IMG/VR virus record: IMGVR_UViG_3300045988_098849
Strand: one strand, 5' to 3'
Length of the DNA: 54,525 nt
From: a virus
Positions 1-6,882 of this stretch are shown here, one piece after another (the first letter of the stretch is position 1; the number at the start of each line of letters is the position of its first letter). The position numbers and the translations under genes are program-made. The notes under the pieces were generated by a model. That model did no database searches and had not been told where the DNA came from. It saw only the letters and a list, made by a program, of their open reading frames with translations.

Positions 1-99
1 CAAAAACAGAAAACATTTTCAATATGCATTTTCGCCCTATATTCGCCCCTATAAGCCGCCTTTTTATTTCACTTGACCGGATTAACCGCCAAAAAAAAG
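1..99. repeat. Terminal direct repeat copy 1, identical to 54427..54525 (circular-contig overlap)
   Basis: Base-by-base comparison shows 1-99 equals 54427-54525 with no mismatch. The unique sequence is 54426 bp. Confidence 0.95.
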
Positions 100-127
100 A
101 AAACGCCCTCTCACAAGCCGCAGAGGG
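88..127 (-). terminator. Intrinsic terminator after CDS 111..404
   Basis: Minus-strand hairpin CCCTCT/AGAGGG (106-111 with 122-127), followed on the minus strand by a T-run (A-run 88-103 on the plus strand). Confidence 0.5.
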
Positions 128-404
128 GCAGAGAAAGCATTTCCTTATTCAGCTTCTCAAGGTCGAATTTTTCAAGCCTTGACAGGTCGAACGCCTGTAA
201 TTTTTCTATACATTCTTTTCGGGTTTTTCCGTAAACACCTATTAACATACCACTTTTTTCTTCTGTCACACTCCAAGAACAGCTACCTCCGCCGCTTATG
301 TAAAAGATGAAGCTACCACGTTCCACCCTGTATCCCTCAGCCTGAAAGCGTTCCCTTTTTCGCCCTGCAAGCTGACGGACTGCGAAAAACTTTTCTTTTT
401 TCAT
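111..404 (-). CDS. Hypothetical protein, 97 aa (cargo operon)
   Basis: ORF track. SD AAGGGGG lies 9 nt upstream of ATG 404. No recognisable motif. Confidence 0.6.
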   Translation of the reverse strand: MKKEKFFAVRQLAGRKRERFQAEGYRVERGSFIFYISGGGSCSWSVTEEKSGMLIGVYGKTRKECIEKLQAFDLSRLEKFDLEKLNKEMLSLPLCGL

Positions 405-467
405 GTGGTTGCACCCCCTTTTACACAGCCGCTCCGCAGAGCGTCAAGCCCTGCGGATTCCTTTTTG

Positions 468-833
468 TTAAAAGTACGCTTTTTCATAACACAGATTTTT
501 TAGGTAATGAATTTTCCCTTCAAGTCCGCCATCTAAGTCTATTGCATAAAGCATTACTTTCAGCGGAACAGCATTTAACAGTTTTTCATACTGTTTTATC
601 TCCGGCATAGAGTTTAACCACCGTTCCCATTTTTCATGCTGTACATTAGCCGTATGCTCAATTTTTAACAGTGCATCAGATGGCACATATCCCATGGGAT
701 TGACATACCATGTGATTTTTCCACAATTTGCAATATGAGCAATAGTTTTATAATCTCCATTTTCCTCTACGGCTTTATTGCAAACAGTGATTCCATTTCC
801 CAAATGTCCCATAAATAATTCAAATTTTTTCAT
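468..833 (-). CDS. Hypothetical protein, 121 aa
   Basis: ORF 468..866 trimmed to ATG 833, which has an AAAGGAAAG SD 6 nt upstream. No motif recognised. Confidence 0.55.
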   Translation of the reverse strand: MKKFELFMGHLGNGITVCNKAVEENGDYKTIAHIANCGKITWYVNPMGYVPSDALLKIEHTANVQHEKWERWLNSMPEIKQYEKLLNAVPLKVMLYAIDLDGGLEGKIHYLKNLCYEKAYF

Positions 834-935
834 GATTATCTTTCCTTTCTTTTTCTCATGTTCCATTTTCCTTGGCTTGTCTCATCAGTTGGAAGGTTGC
901 CGCCCTACCCAATACCGCCCGAAGGCGGTTTCAAC

Positions 936-1211
936 TTAATCGGCTAAAATTGACCTTGCGGTGTTAAAAACGTAAAGTCTGTTGTGCGGATGGTGCTTAA
1001 AATCTCCATTGCTTTTTATCGTTTTCCCGATATTTTCATATTTAAGACTGACAACGATTAAATATTTTTCAAGCATTTCATCGGAACATTTTAAGCAGTT
1101 AATCGCATTTTGGATGCTGCTTTTATTACTATTCCAGTAAATACCTTCGATTCTGCATTTCTTTTCTTCCTGTAATTCGTTAAATTCTTTCATTAAATCT
1201 TTCTTTGTCAT
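936..1211 (-). CDS. Hypothetical protein, 91 aa
   Basis: ORF track. AGGAGG lies 8 nt upstream of ATG 1211. Confidence 0.6.
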   Translation of the reverse strand: MTKKDLMKEFNELQEEKKCRIEGIYWNSNKSSIQNAINCLKCSDEMLEKYLIVVSLKYENIGKTIKSNGDFKHHPHNRLYVFNTARSILAD

Positions 1212-1359
1212 TTTGATTTCCTCCTTCGTTGTCCTCTGTTGTTTTCTATGGCATTATATTATCATATTTAATTAATAATATCAATTCATAAACGCAAAAT
1301 TAAATAAAATATTATTGCAAAAATAATGTAAATAAGTTGAATTAAGTTTTATATAATAA

Positions 1360-1388
1360 TTGACTTATTTATTGCATTATTGTATCAT
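1360..1388 (+). promoter_or_regulatory. Sigma-70-type promoter TTGACT-17-TATCAT
   Basis: TTGACT at 1360-1365, a 17-nt spacer, and TATCAT at 1383-1388, about 45 nt upstream of ATG 1434 in an AT-rich divergent intergenic region. Confidence 0.55.
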
Positions 1389-1433
1389 TTAATTATATCA
1401 ATAATAATGCGTATTAAATGGAGGTATGTAATC

Positions 1434-2030
1434 ATGGCAAAGAGTGAAAAGGAAATGATAGAAAAATACAAGGCAAGGATGAAAAGACAGAATGAAAAGA
1501 TAAAGGAAAACTACGACAGAGTATCCGCAACGCTTCCAAATGGCACCATAGACAGAATAAAGGCTTTAGGTCTGACGATTAACGGAGTAATTAATGAGAG
1601 CGTGCTTGCATATCTGGACTGCATGGAAGAAGCGCAGGCAGAGGAAGAACAGAACAACGCAGAAACCGCAAAAATACAAGATTCTACACCAGATACAGAA
1701 GTAGCGGAGATTGCCCCTGTAGAGCCGGAAACGTCAGAACCGACCAATCCCATACCCGATGCGGAAACGCCCGTCAGAACGCCCGAAAACGGCTTAAAAC
1801 CGCTAACAATCGAGGATATCCAAGCCATGTTTGATAACAGGAAAACAGACGAAATCAGACAGGAGGAAGAAAGACAGGAGCGGAAAGAACAGGAGGAGCA
1901 GGAGCGGCGCAAGCTGCTAGCCAATCCCGAATACGCCGCCACATACGCCCAGCTTATGGCAATGGAGACCGCAGAAAAGGAAAAGAAACGCGCCGAAATG
2001 CTCACCAGAGCGAGATTAGAAACATTGTAA
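1434..2030 (+). CDS. Ribbon-helix-helix (Arc/CopG-like) N-terminal domain protein with an acidic, coiled-coil tail
   Basis: ATG 1434 follows GGAGG. The N-terminal pattern RVSATLPNGTIDRIKALGLTINGVINESVLAYL resembles RHH DNA-binding proteins. The rest is E/Q/K-rich low complexity. Confidence 0.5.
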   Translation: MAKSEKEMIEKYKARMKRQNEKIKENYDRVSATLPNGTIDRIKALGLTINGVINESVLAYLDCMEEAQAEEEQNNAETAKIQDSTPDTEVAEIAPVEPETSEPTNPIPDAETPVRTPENGLKPLTIEDIQAMFDNRKTDEIRQEEERQERKEQEEQERRKLLANPEYAATYAQLMAMETAEKEKKRAEMLTRARLETL

Positions 2031-2035
2031 ACCTG

Positions 2036-2061
2036 ACCGCCAGAAATGGCGGTTATTTTTC
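2036..2061 (+). terminator. Intrinsic terminator
   Basis: Stem ACCGCC/GGCGGT (2037-2042 with 2049-2054), followed by ATTTTT. Confidence 0.6.
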
Positions 2062-2088
2062 CATATTTTACCATTTATTTATCTTTGT

Positions 2089-2131
2089 AAAGATATCTTT
2101 GAAAAGATTTAATATTTTAGGAAGATATCTT
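2089..2131. promoter_or_regulatory. Two AAGATATCTT palindromes (putative operators)
   Basis: AAAGATATCTTT at 2089-2100 and AAGATATCTT at 2122-2131, plus a degenerate third copy at 2135-2150 that overlaps the -35 of the next promoter. Confidence 0.5.
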
Positions 2132-2148
2132 TTTAAAGATATTTTATC

Positions 2149-2177
2149 TTGATTTTTTGCGGTGAAATTCGTATAAT
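2149..2177 (+). promoter_or_regulatory. Sigma-70-type promoter TTGATT-17-TATAAT
   Basis: TTGATT at 2149-2154, a 17-nt spacer, and TATAAT at 2172-2177, 34 nt upstream of ATG 2211. Confidence 0.6.
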
Positions 2178-2210
2178 TGAGAGTAGGAAAAACGAAGGAG
2201 GTATATTAAA

Positions 2211-2462
2211 ATGATTGTATTTAAATTTGATGTTGCAGCTGCATTAGAATCCGCTGGGGTTACTTCTTACACAGCTGTAAAAAATGGTTTGTTATCTGTC
2301 GACACGTGGCGGAAAATCAAGAAAAACGATGCAAATATAAGCATGAAATCTCTTAACAAAATTTGCATCATCCTGAACATGAAACCAGAACATTTAATCA
2401 CATACAAGCTGGATGAAAAAGAAGATTCTGACATAATAGAAAGGTTCAAAAAACTAGGTTAA
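2211..2462 (+). CDS. XRE/Cro-type helix-turn-helix protein, 83 aa
   Basis: AGGAGG SD. The pattern LESAGVTSYTAVKNGLLSVDTWRKIKKN...SMKSLNKICIILNMKPEHLI fits an HTH_XRE-like protein. Confidence 0.6.
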   Translation: MIVFKFDVAAALESAGVTSYTAVKNGLLSVDTWRKIKKNDANISMKSLNKICIILNMKPEHLITYKLDEKEDSDIIERFKKLG

Positions 2463-2564
2463 GAAGATAGCTTTTGAAAGATACACGATACCCCATACAA
2501 GCATCTGTATCTGTAAGGGGTTAAAAAGAATGTAATCTAGTATTTTATTTCATACAGTAAAACC

Positions 2565-2597
2565 AATGAAATCTAATATATTCAAGAATGAAATCTA
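2565..2597. promoter_or_regulatory. Direct repeats AATGAAATCTA x2, spaced 22 bp
   Basis: Identical 11-mers at 2565-2575 and 2587-2597, about 90-120 bp upstream of the promoter at 2683. Confidence 0.4.
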
Positions 2598-2682
2598 AAA
2601 AAGAATTTAAGTACGTAGTAATATATTAAATCTTAAAACAAATACAGAAACCAATTAAATCATAAAAAAACAAAATTCCCTA

Positions 2683-2711
2683 TTGACAGAATGATTAAAT
2701 TTTTGTATCAT
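2683..2711 (+). promoter_or_regulatory. Sigma-70-type promoter TTGACA-17-TATCAT (start of packaging/late transcription unit)
   Basis: TTGACA at 2683-2688, a 17-nt spacer, and TATCAT at 2706-2711. Confidence 0.6.
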
Positions 2712-2820
2712 ATCCCACAAGAAAGAAAATTGAATTTAAAAGGCATCCAGCTAACGCCGTTGCTCTGGATGACCTGAACGGCAAGGACGGCACCCCAATT
2801 TTTTACAGAGATACCAACAC

Positions 2821-2860
2821 GCCACAGAATGAGATTAAAATCTTTTTCTGTGGCTTTTTT
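2821..2860 (+). terminator. Leader terminator between the promoter and the first late gene
   Basis: 9-bp stem GCCACAGAA/TTCTGTGGC (2821-2829 with 2846-2854), inner AGATT/AATCT pairing, then TTTTTT at 2855-2860. It lies 39 nt before ATG 2899. Confidence 0.7.
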
Positions 2861-2898
2861 AATTTACCGCAGCAGGAACGAGGAAGGAGGCGCGGAGC

Positions 2899-3537
2899 AT
2901 GGAAAATAAAATTTATGATTCAGAAATCGAGGCGTGTCTAGATTCATTCTGTGCCGAAAAGGGAATTGCGGACATGTCCAAGGAATCACAAAGCGTCTGG
3001 AATGCTGCCCTAATGTATATTAAAAAAAATGTATTCCCAGACACAAAACAGTTAAAATCTAGTATTTTATTCAAAAATGGTATAGGAGCAATGAGCAATT
3101 GTAATGCCTATGACTATGAGCTTGTAGACCATATCTGCGATATATATATTTATTTATCCCTGATGAATGATAAAGAAGTATCTATCAATGGTTTTAGTTT
3201 TTTAACAGGGATAAGTAGAGATGCAATAAAAGAATGGGGAAATGGTAATAAAAAACTAAGTGATAAAGCTTTCAAAATTTACAAAAAGCTAGTAGATGTA
3301 AGGCTTGAGAGTTTATCGGGCAAACTAGCCACAGGAAAGCAGAACCCTGTAGGCGTTATCGCAATCCTAAATCACTTTTACGGTTGGAACAGCCCATATG
3401 CGCCAGATGCTAACAGACATCGCACCGCCCTATCAGCTGCCGAACTTCCAAGACTGAACGAGGTTAAAACTGTTGAAATTGCACAAGATGCAGACAGATT
3501 GACGGACAGCGGAAACGATAAATCAATATCTAGTTGA
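2899..3537 (+). CDS. terS: Putative terminase small subunit, 212 aa
   Basis: First gene after the late promoter and leader. The central HTH-like FLTGISRDAIKEW and the motif NPVGVIAILNHFYGWN resemble the TerS motif (IFxLKNxFGW). Confidence 0.5.
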   Translation: MENKIYDSEIEACLDSFCAEKGIADMSKESQSVWNAALMYIKKNVFPDTKQLKSSILFKNGIGAMSNCNAYDYELVDHICDIYIYLSLMNDKEVSINGFSFLTGISRDAIKEWGNGNKKLSDKAFKIYKKLVDVRLESLSGKLATGKQNPVGVIAILNHFYGWNSPYAPDANRHRTALSAAELPRLNEVKTVEIAQDADRLTDSGNDKSISS

Positions 3538-3560
3538 AAATAAATGCTTGACACAATATA

Positions 3561-3590
3561 TTGATTTAAAACTATTCGCATAACTATCAT
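3561..3590 (+). promoter_or_regulatory. Possible promoter TTGATT-18-TATCAT overlapped by a 7-bp inverted repeat
   Basis: TTGATT at 3561-3566 and TATCAT at 3585-3590. The inverted repeat ATTCGCA/TGCGAAT brackets the -10. Confidence 0.35.
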
Positions 3591-3774
3591 TTTGCGAATA
3601 AATACAGAAAATTATAGCCAATGCGGATGAACAGCGGTTGTTGCGGCTTGGATGATTCCGCCGTTGAGAATGGACGGGGGTGGGGGTCTGGATAGGAGTA
3701 GAAAAAGCCTCTACTTAGTCCCACAAATATCCTCAAAAACAAAAAGCCCCCATCTGCACAAAGGAGTGACAAAA

Positions 3775-4047
3775 ATGTTTTGGAACCCATTTAGAAGAAT
3801 TAAGGATTTAGAATTCGATGTCGATGTGCGAGACCGTACAATCGAAAATCTGAAAAAGGAGATTGAGGAATTAAAATCTCCTACAAGACCAAAGTATCAT
3901 CCAAATGTAACCTGTACTGACTGCGAATATTTCATTGTTGAGGACTACGGAAACGTAGTTTGTAAAGGCTATTATTGCAGACTCAATAATAACTGTGAAG
4001 ATTACACTTTGAAAGAGCAAGTAGGCGGTGTTACATATGTACGATGA
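3775..4047 (+). CDS. Hypothetical Cys-rich protein, 90 aa
   Basis: AAGGAG lies 8 nt upstream of ATG 3775. An N-terminal coiled coil is followed by CTDCEY...VCKGYYC...NNC. Confidence 0.55.
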   Translation: MFWNPFRRIKDLEFDVDVRDRTIENLKKEIEELKSPTRPKYHPNVTCTDCEYFIVEDYGNVVCKGYYCRLNNNCEDYTLKEQVGGVTYVR

Positions 4048-4186
4048 AAAAGAATGTTGCGGTAAGTGCAAATATGCCATTATAGACCGAGAGTTGCTTT
4101 TTACCTGTGATAATGAGGATAGTGACTACTACACCGACTACACGGAATATGATTATGGCTGTGATTATTTTGAACCGAAGGAGTGA
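4037..4186 (+). CDS. Small Cys-rich ORF, 49 aa (shorter than the ORF-track cutoff)
   Basis: Hand translation gives MYDEKECCGKCKYAIIDRELLFTCDNEDSDYYTDYTEYDYGCDYFEPKE. It overlaps the upstream stop and ends just before the next SD. Confidence 0.4.
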   Translation: MYDEKECCGKCKYAIIDRELLFTCDNEDSDYYTDYTEYDYGCDYFEPKE

Positions 4187-4191
4187 ACAGA

Positions 4192-4422
4192 ATGAGAATT
4201 TTAAGCCAAGATAGAACAGCTTCCATTGATGAAAGTGGAGTATCACTGTTAGTAGTTAAAAATTATGTCAAGGCCATCCTTAACGATATAACACTCAAGT
4301 CTATTGTTCTCGGAGAATATAGGAACGAAGATCGAGCAATGGAAGTGCTTGCAGAGATTCACGCTCTGTATGAAGAACTCCCCTTCTCTGGCAGTACAGT
4401 TTTTTATATGCCAAAGGAGTGA
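4192..4422 (+). CDS. Small phage protein, paralog family member A (76 aa)
   Basis: AAGGAG SD. Starts MRILSQDR and ends FYMPKE. Similar to 4425..4661 and 43142..43423. Confidence 0.6.
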   Translation: MRILSQDRTASIDESGVSLLVVKNYVKAILNDITLKSIVLGEYRNEDRAMEVLAEIHALYEELPFSGSTVFYMPKE

Positions 4423-4424
4423 GC

Positions 4425-4661
4425 ATGATGATAACGATTATTAGTCAAGATAGAAAGCATTCTGTTGGCAAGGATAAATTTCATAGAATAGATATTTTTA
4501 GACACGGGAAAGAAATCATTGCAGAAAAAGATAGGGAGCGAATACTACTTGGTCACTATACGAAAACAGAGCGGTCTTATGAAATATTCCAAAAATTATG
4601 CCTTGTCATAAGGAAAGACATTCCGAATTGTGGTGACTTTTTCTATATGCCGAGATATTAA
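4425..4661 (+). CDS. Small phage protein, paralog family member B (78 aa)
   Basis: ATG 4425 follows AAAGGAG. Starts MMITIISQDR and ends FYMPRY. Tandem duplicate of 4192..4422. Confidence 0.6.
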   Translation: MMITIISQDRKHSVGKDKFHRIDIFRHGKEIIAEKDRERILLGHYTKTERSYEIFQKLCLVIRKDIPNCGDFFYMPRY

Positions 4662-4785
4662 ACTCTGATATGTACCCTGTTTGTTGCGCTTGCCTTTGAG
4701 CGGTTTAGTTCATGACTGTACGGCGATTATGGCAAGAAACAAGGCGGCTATAGACGCTGATTTTCGGACGCAGGGTCTTATATAT

Positions 4786-4856
4786 GCACCAGTAGTTTAA
4801 TGGCAGAACAGAAGTTTTCCAAACTGCGGAAACGGGTTCGATTCCCGTCTGGTGCT
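4786..4856 (+). tRNA. tRNA, anticodon UCC (Gly) most likely
   Basis: Hand fold: acceptor GCACCAG/CTGGTGC, D stem GTTT/GAAC, anticodon stem GAAGT/ACTGC (one A-G mismatch), loop TTTCCAA, T arm ACGGG-TTCGATT-CCCGT, and discriminator U as in tRNA-Gly. Confidence 0.75.
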
Positions 4857-5039
4857 TTTCATCGGGTTTTTGGACATTTTTCCCGATGGATAACACAACC
4901 TTTCACCCACTAGGGGAATCCTGTTAAGAGCCATCGCACGGCTCGGTGGGTTTTTGGCTTGTATGCCGATGGGGACTGGCAACAAGACCAAACACCAACT
5001 TCATATTTGGGGCGTTTTAACGGCATCACGCCCCACTCT

Positions 5040-5113
5040 GGATTCTTAGCTCAGTTGGTTAGAGCATCCGGCTCATAACCGGACGGTCCTCGGTTCAAGT
5101 CCGAGAGAATCCA
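5040..5113 (+). tRNA. tRNA, anticodon CAU (elongator Met or Ile2 type)
   Basis: Hand fold: GGATTCT/AGAATCC acceptor, GCTC-AGTTGGTTA-GAGC D arm, TCCGG-CTCATAA-CCGGA anticodon arm, CTCGG-TTCAAGT-CCGAG T arm. It lacks initiator features. Confidence 0.85.
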
Positions 5114-5467
5114 TTTGCGGTCTTTCGGTATCATGGTTTATCGCAACCATTGATCGAGCTGACTGGTCGTATGATTCGGGGTCGCTCCCCTCCGTGGAAA
5201 TCGGACGGAACACAAACCGATAGGAATTGTGACACATCGGAGAGCAACGATGCGGGATGCTCAGGATGGCATCAACAGGGTATGGACGCTACCAACATAC
5301 TTGGAGTGATGAAAACTGCGTTCAAGGCAGTCCGTTTTGCTGGTTTCGTGACTGACAATAAACCAAAAACTGAAAAATCATGTTGGGGATTGGATAGAAA
5401 CTTGATTTAGGTGAGGTCGATTCGGATTTCACTATTAGAGATGGTGTCTTTTAAATCCCCATCCTCT

Positions 5468-5559
5468 GCCAACATACCGAAACGGTTATAACGGCGTGGT
5501 CTTGAAAACCATTGTGTCGGTTAGAATCCGACATGGGGGTTCAAATCCCTCTGTTGGCG
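5468..5559 (+). tRNA. tRNA-Ser, anticodon UGA (class II, long variable arm)
   Basis: Acceptor GCCAACA/TGTTGGC, anticodon arm GTGGT-CTTGAAA-ACCAT, variable arm GTCGG-TTAGAAT-CCGAC, T arm GGGGG-TTCAAAT-CCCTC, discriminator G. Confidence 0.8.
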
Positions 5560-5755
5560 TTTGGGTTCACGATGAAAACCTTACTCGCAACCTTATGGGT
5601 TAAATCGTTGTAAAAATGCGTGGTCGAAAGCAGTCTTTTAGGTCTGCGATAAAGCGGACTTGCCCCGGGTTATTAGCCTGCGAATAGACGTGAAGTGAGC
5701 GATGTACAAGAAACATGAAAACGTTGAATTGTTCTTCAATGCTCGAGAAAGGATT

Positions 5756-5817
5756 TAGCATGTGGTGTAAGTGGCTATCACACTGTTGAGATGCAGGTTC
5801 GAGTCCTGCCATGCTAT
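5756..5817 (+). ncRNA. tRNA-like element lacking an anticodon arm
   Basis: Acceptor TAGCATG/CATGCTA, D arm GTGT-AAGTGGCTATC-ACAC and canonical T arm GCAGG-TTCGAGT-CCTGC. Only 8 nt sit where a 17-nt anticodon arm plus variable loop should be. Confidence 0.5.
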
Positions 5818-5849
5818 TTTTAGAATAAAAACGAAAGGCGGTGCGTGTA

Positions 5850-6062
5850 ATGGCGAAAGGTGTAAAAACCATAAGCAAGAAAAAATTCTTTGAAGCGTTC
5901 GATGCGTTCTGTAGCGGACGGATGACACTTTCCGTAGCAGCAAGACATATAGGAATCAGCGTGCCTACTGCCTCTAAATACTTCAACATGTACATAAAAA
6001 GCGAGCCCTTCCCAGATACGCTATTCGGGACTGATGAGCAACAGGAAATGTTAGAAAAATGA
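5850..6062 (+). CDS. Small HTH protein, 70 aa
   Basis: ATG 5850. The motif MTLSVAARHIGISVPTASKYF looks like a helix-turn-helix. Confidence 0.5.
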   Translation: MAKGVKTISKKKFFEAFDAFCSGRMTLSVAARHIGISVPTASKYFNMYIKSEPFPDTLFGTDEQQEMLEK

Positions 6063-6072
6063 TAATTTGCCT

Positions 6073-6258
6073 ATGAGAGAGAAATCCATAACAGGTAAAT
6101 ACATAGGGAACGCAATAGGATACTGTCACTGTAAGGCTCATACTGGGGCGTTGAACAAGGAACTTGCTTACAAGCACAAATGTATTGCTAAACGGTGCAA
6201 ATGGCTTGAGAAGTACAATGATGATGCGTGGAGAAGAAAAGAAAGGTATGTGCGGTAA
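6073..6258 (+). CDS. Hypothetical Cys/His-rich protein, 61 aa
   Basis: ATG 6073 within ORF 6067..6258. Contains CHCKAH...CIAKRC. Confidence 0.45.
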   Translation: MREKSITGKYIGNAIGYCHCKAHTGALNKELAYKHKCIAKRCKWLEKYNDDAWRRKERYVR

Positions 6259-6488
6259 TGAAAAGCAAAACACTTGAAGAATTGGCAGAAGAAGCTGTTG
6301 ATAATGCACTGAAGAACATTGAAATTAGCGGCGTTCACTTCAGACAGTTTGTTGAAAAATTCGGGAACGCCAACGAAAATACGAAATGCAATTTATCCAT
6401 TTGTATATATAACAAGTGCGGAAACTGCATAGACGATGAAACCCGCAAGGGGTGTGTAACTTTTTCAAAAGAAGTTTTGGGAATTTGA
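6258..6488 (+). CDS. Hypothetical Cys-rich protein, 76 aa
   Basis: ATG 6258 overlaps the upstream TAA (TAATG). Contains CNLSICIYNKCGNC. Confidence 0.5.
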   Translation: MKSKTLEELAEEAVDNALKNIEISGVHFRQFVEKFGNANENTKCNLSICIYNKCGNCIDDETRKGCVTFSKEVLGI

Positions 6489-6507
6489 AATAGACGGAGG
6501 AAATGAT

Positions 6508-6882
6508 ATGAAAAAATTATTCGTAAGCGTACCGATGAAAGGCAGAACAGAGGAAGAAATCAAAGCAAGCATTCAGAAAATGAAGAAAATTGCAGAAATA
6601 TACGAAGGCGAAGAATTGGAATTGATTGATAGTTATATTGAGGACAATCCGCCTAAAGGAAATAACGAAGCAATATTCTATCTTGGAGAAAGCATTAAGA
6701 AATTGGCACAAGCAGATGTATTTATTGGCATTTGTCAATTTCATGACTGGAACGGATGCGAGATTGAAAGAAGCGTAGCTTTAAGATACGGAATTAAGAC
6801 CTATGAAATTCCGGCAAAATATGTAACTGCAAATTATAACGCCGTTTATAACGCCATTCTTAATAAATTGAGAACAATTTAG
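6508..6882 (+). CDS. Nucleoside 2-deoxyribosyltransferase-like (DUF4406-like) protein, 124 aa
   Basis: GGAGG SD. N-terminal MKKLFVSVPMKGRT and C-terminal LAQADVFIGI...WNGCEIERSVALRYGIKTY match the recalled DUF4406 pattern. Confidence 0.45.
   Translation: MKKLFVSVPMKGRTEEEIKASIQKMKKIAEIYEGEELELIDSYIEDNPPKGNNEAIFYLGESIKKLAQADVFIGICQFHDWNGCEIERSVALRYGIKTYEIPAKYVTANYNAVYNAILNKLRTI

Larger units (their letters stand above)
4662..5849 (+). other. Protein-free tRNA / structured-RNA island
   Basis: No ORF here has an SD or plausible composition. The region holds three cloverleaf tRNAs, one tRNA-like element and many GC-rich hairpins. Confidence 0.75.

Noticed and set aside
3652-3774. N-terminal extension of ORF 3652-4047 (MIPPLRMDGGGGLDRS...).
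   Set aside because: It has no SD at 3652. The sequence is Gly/Arg-rich and overlaps a structured leader. A strong AAGGAG SD supports the internal ATG at 3775.
5315-5331. Hairpin ACTGC-GTTCAAG-GCAGT whose 7-nt loop would present UCA, a potential TGA-suppressor anticodon. This is relevant to the in-frame TGA in the lysin.
   Set aside because: No acceptor stem, D arm or T arm can be built around it, so it is not a tRNA. It is probably just one stem-loop of the larger structured spacer.
5150-5410. 86-aa plus-strand ORF in the tRNA island. Also minus-strand ORFs at 4705-4896, 4797-4991, 5600-5995 and 5755-5943.
   Set aside because: None has a ribosome-binding site. They overlap tRNA genes or GC-rich hairpins, and their composition (W, C, R, G runs) is not protein-like. 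The region is treated as non-coding RNA.
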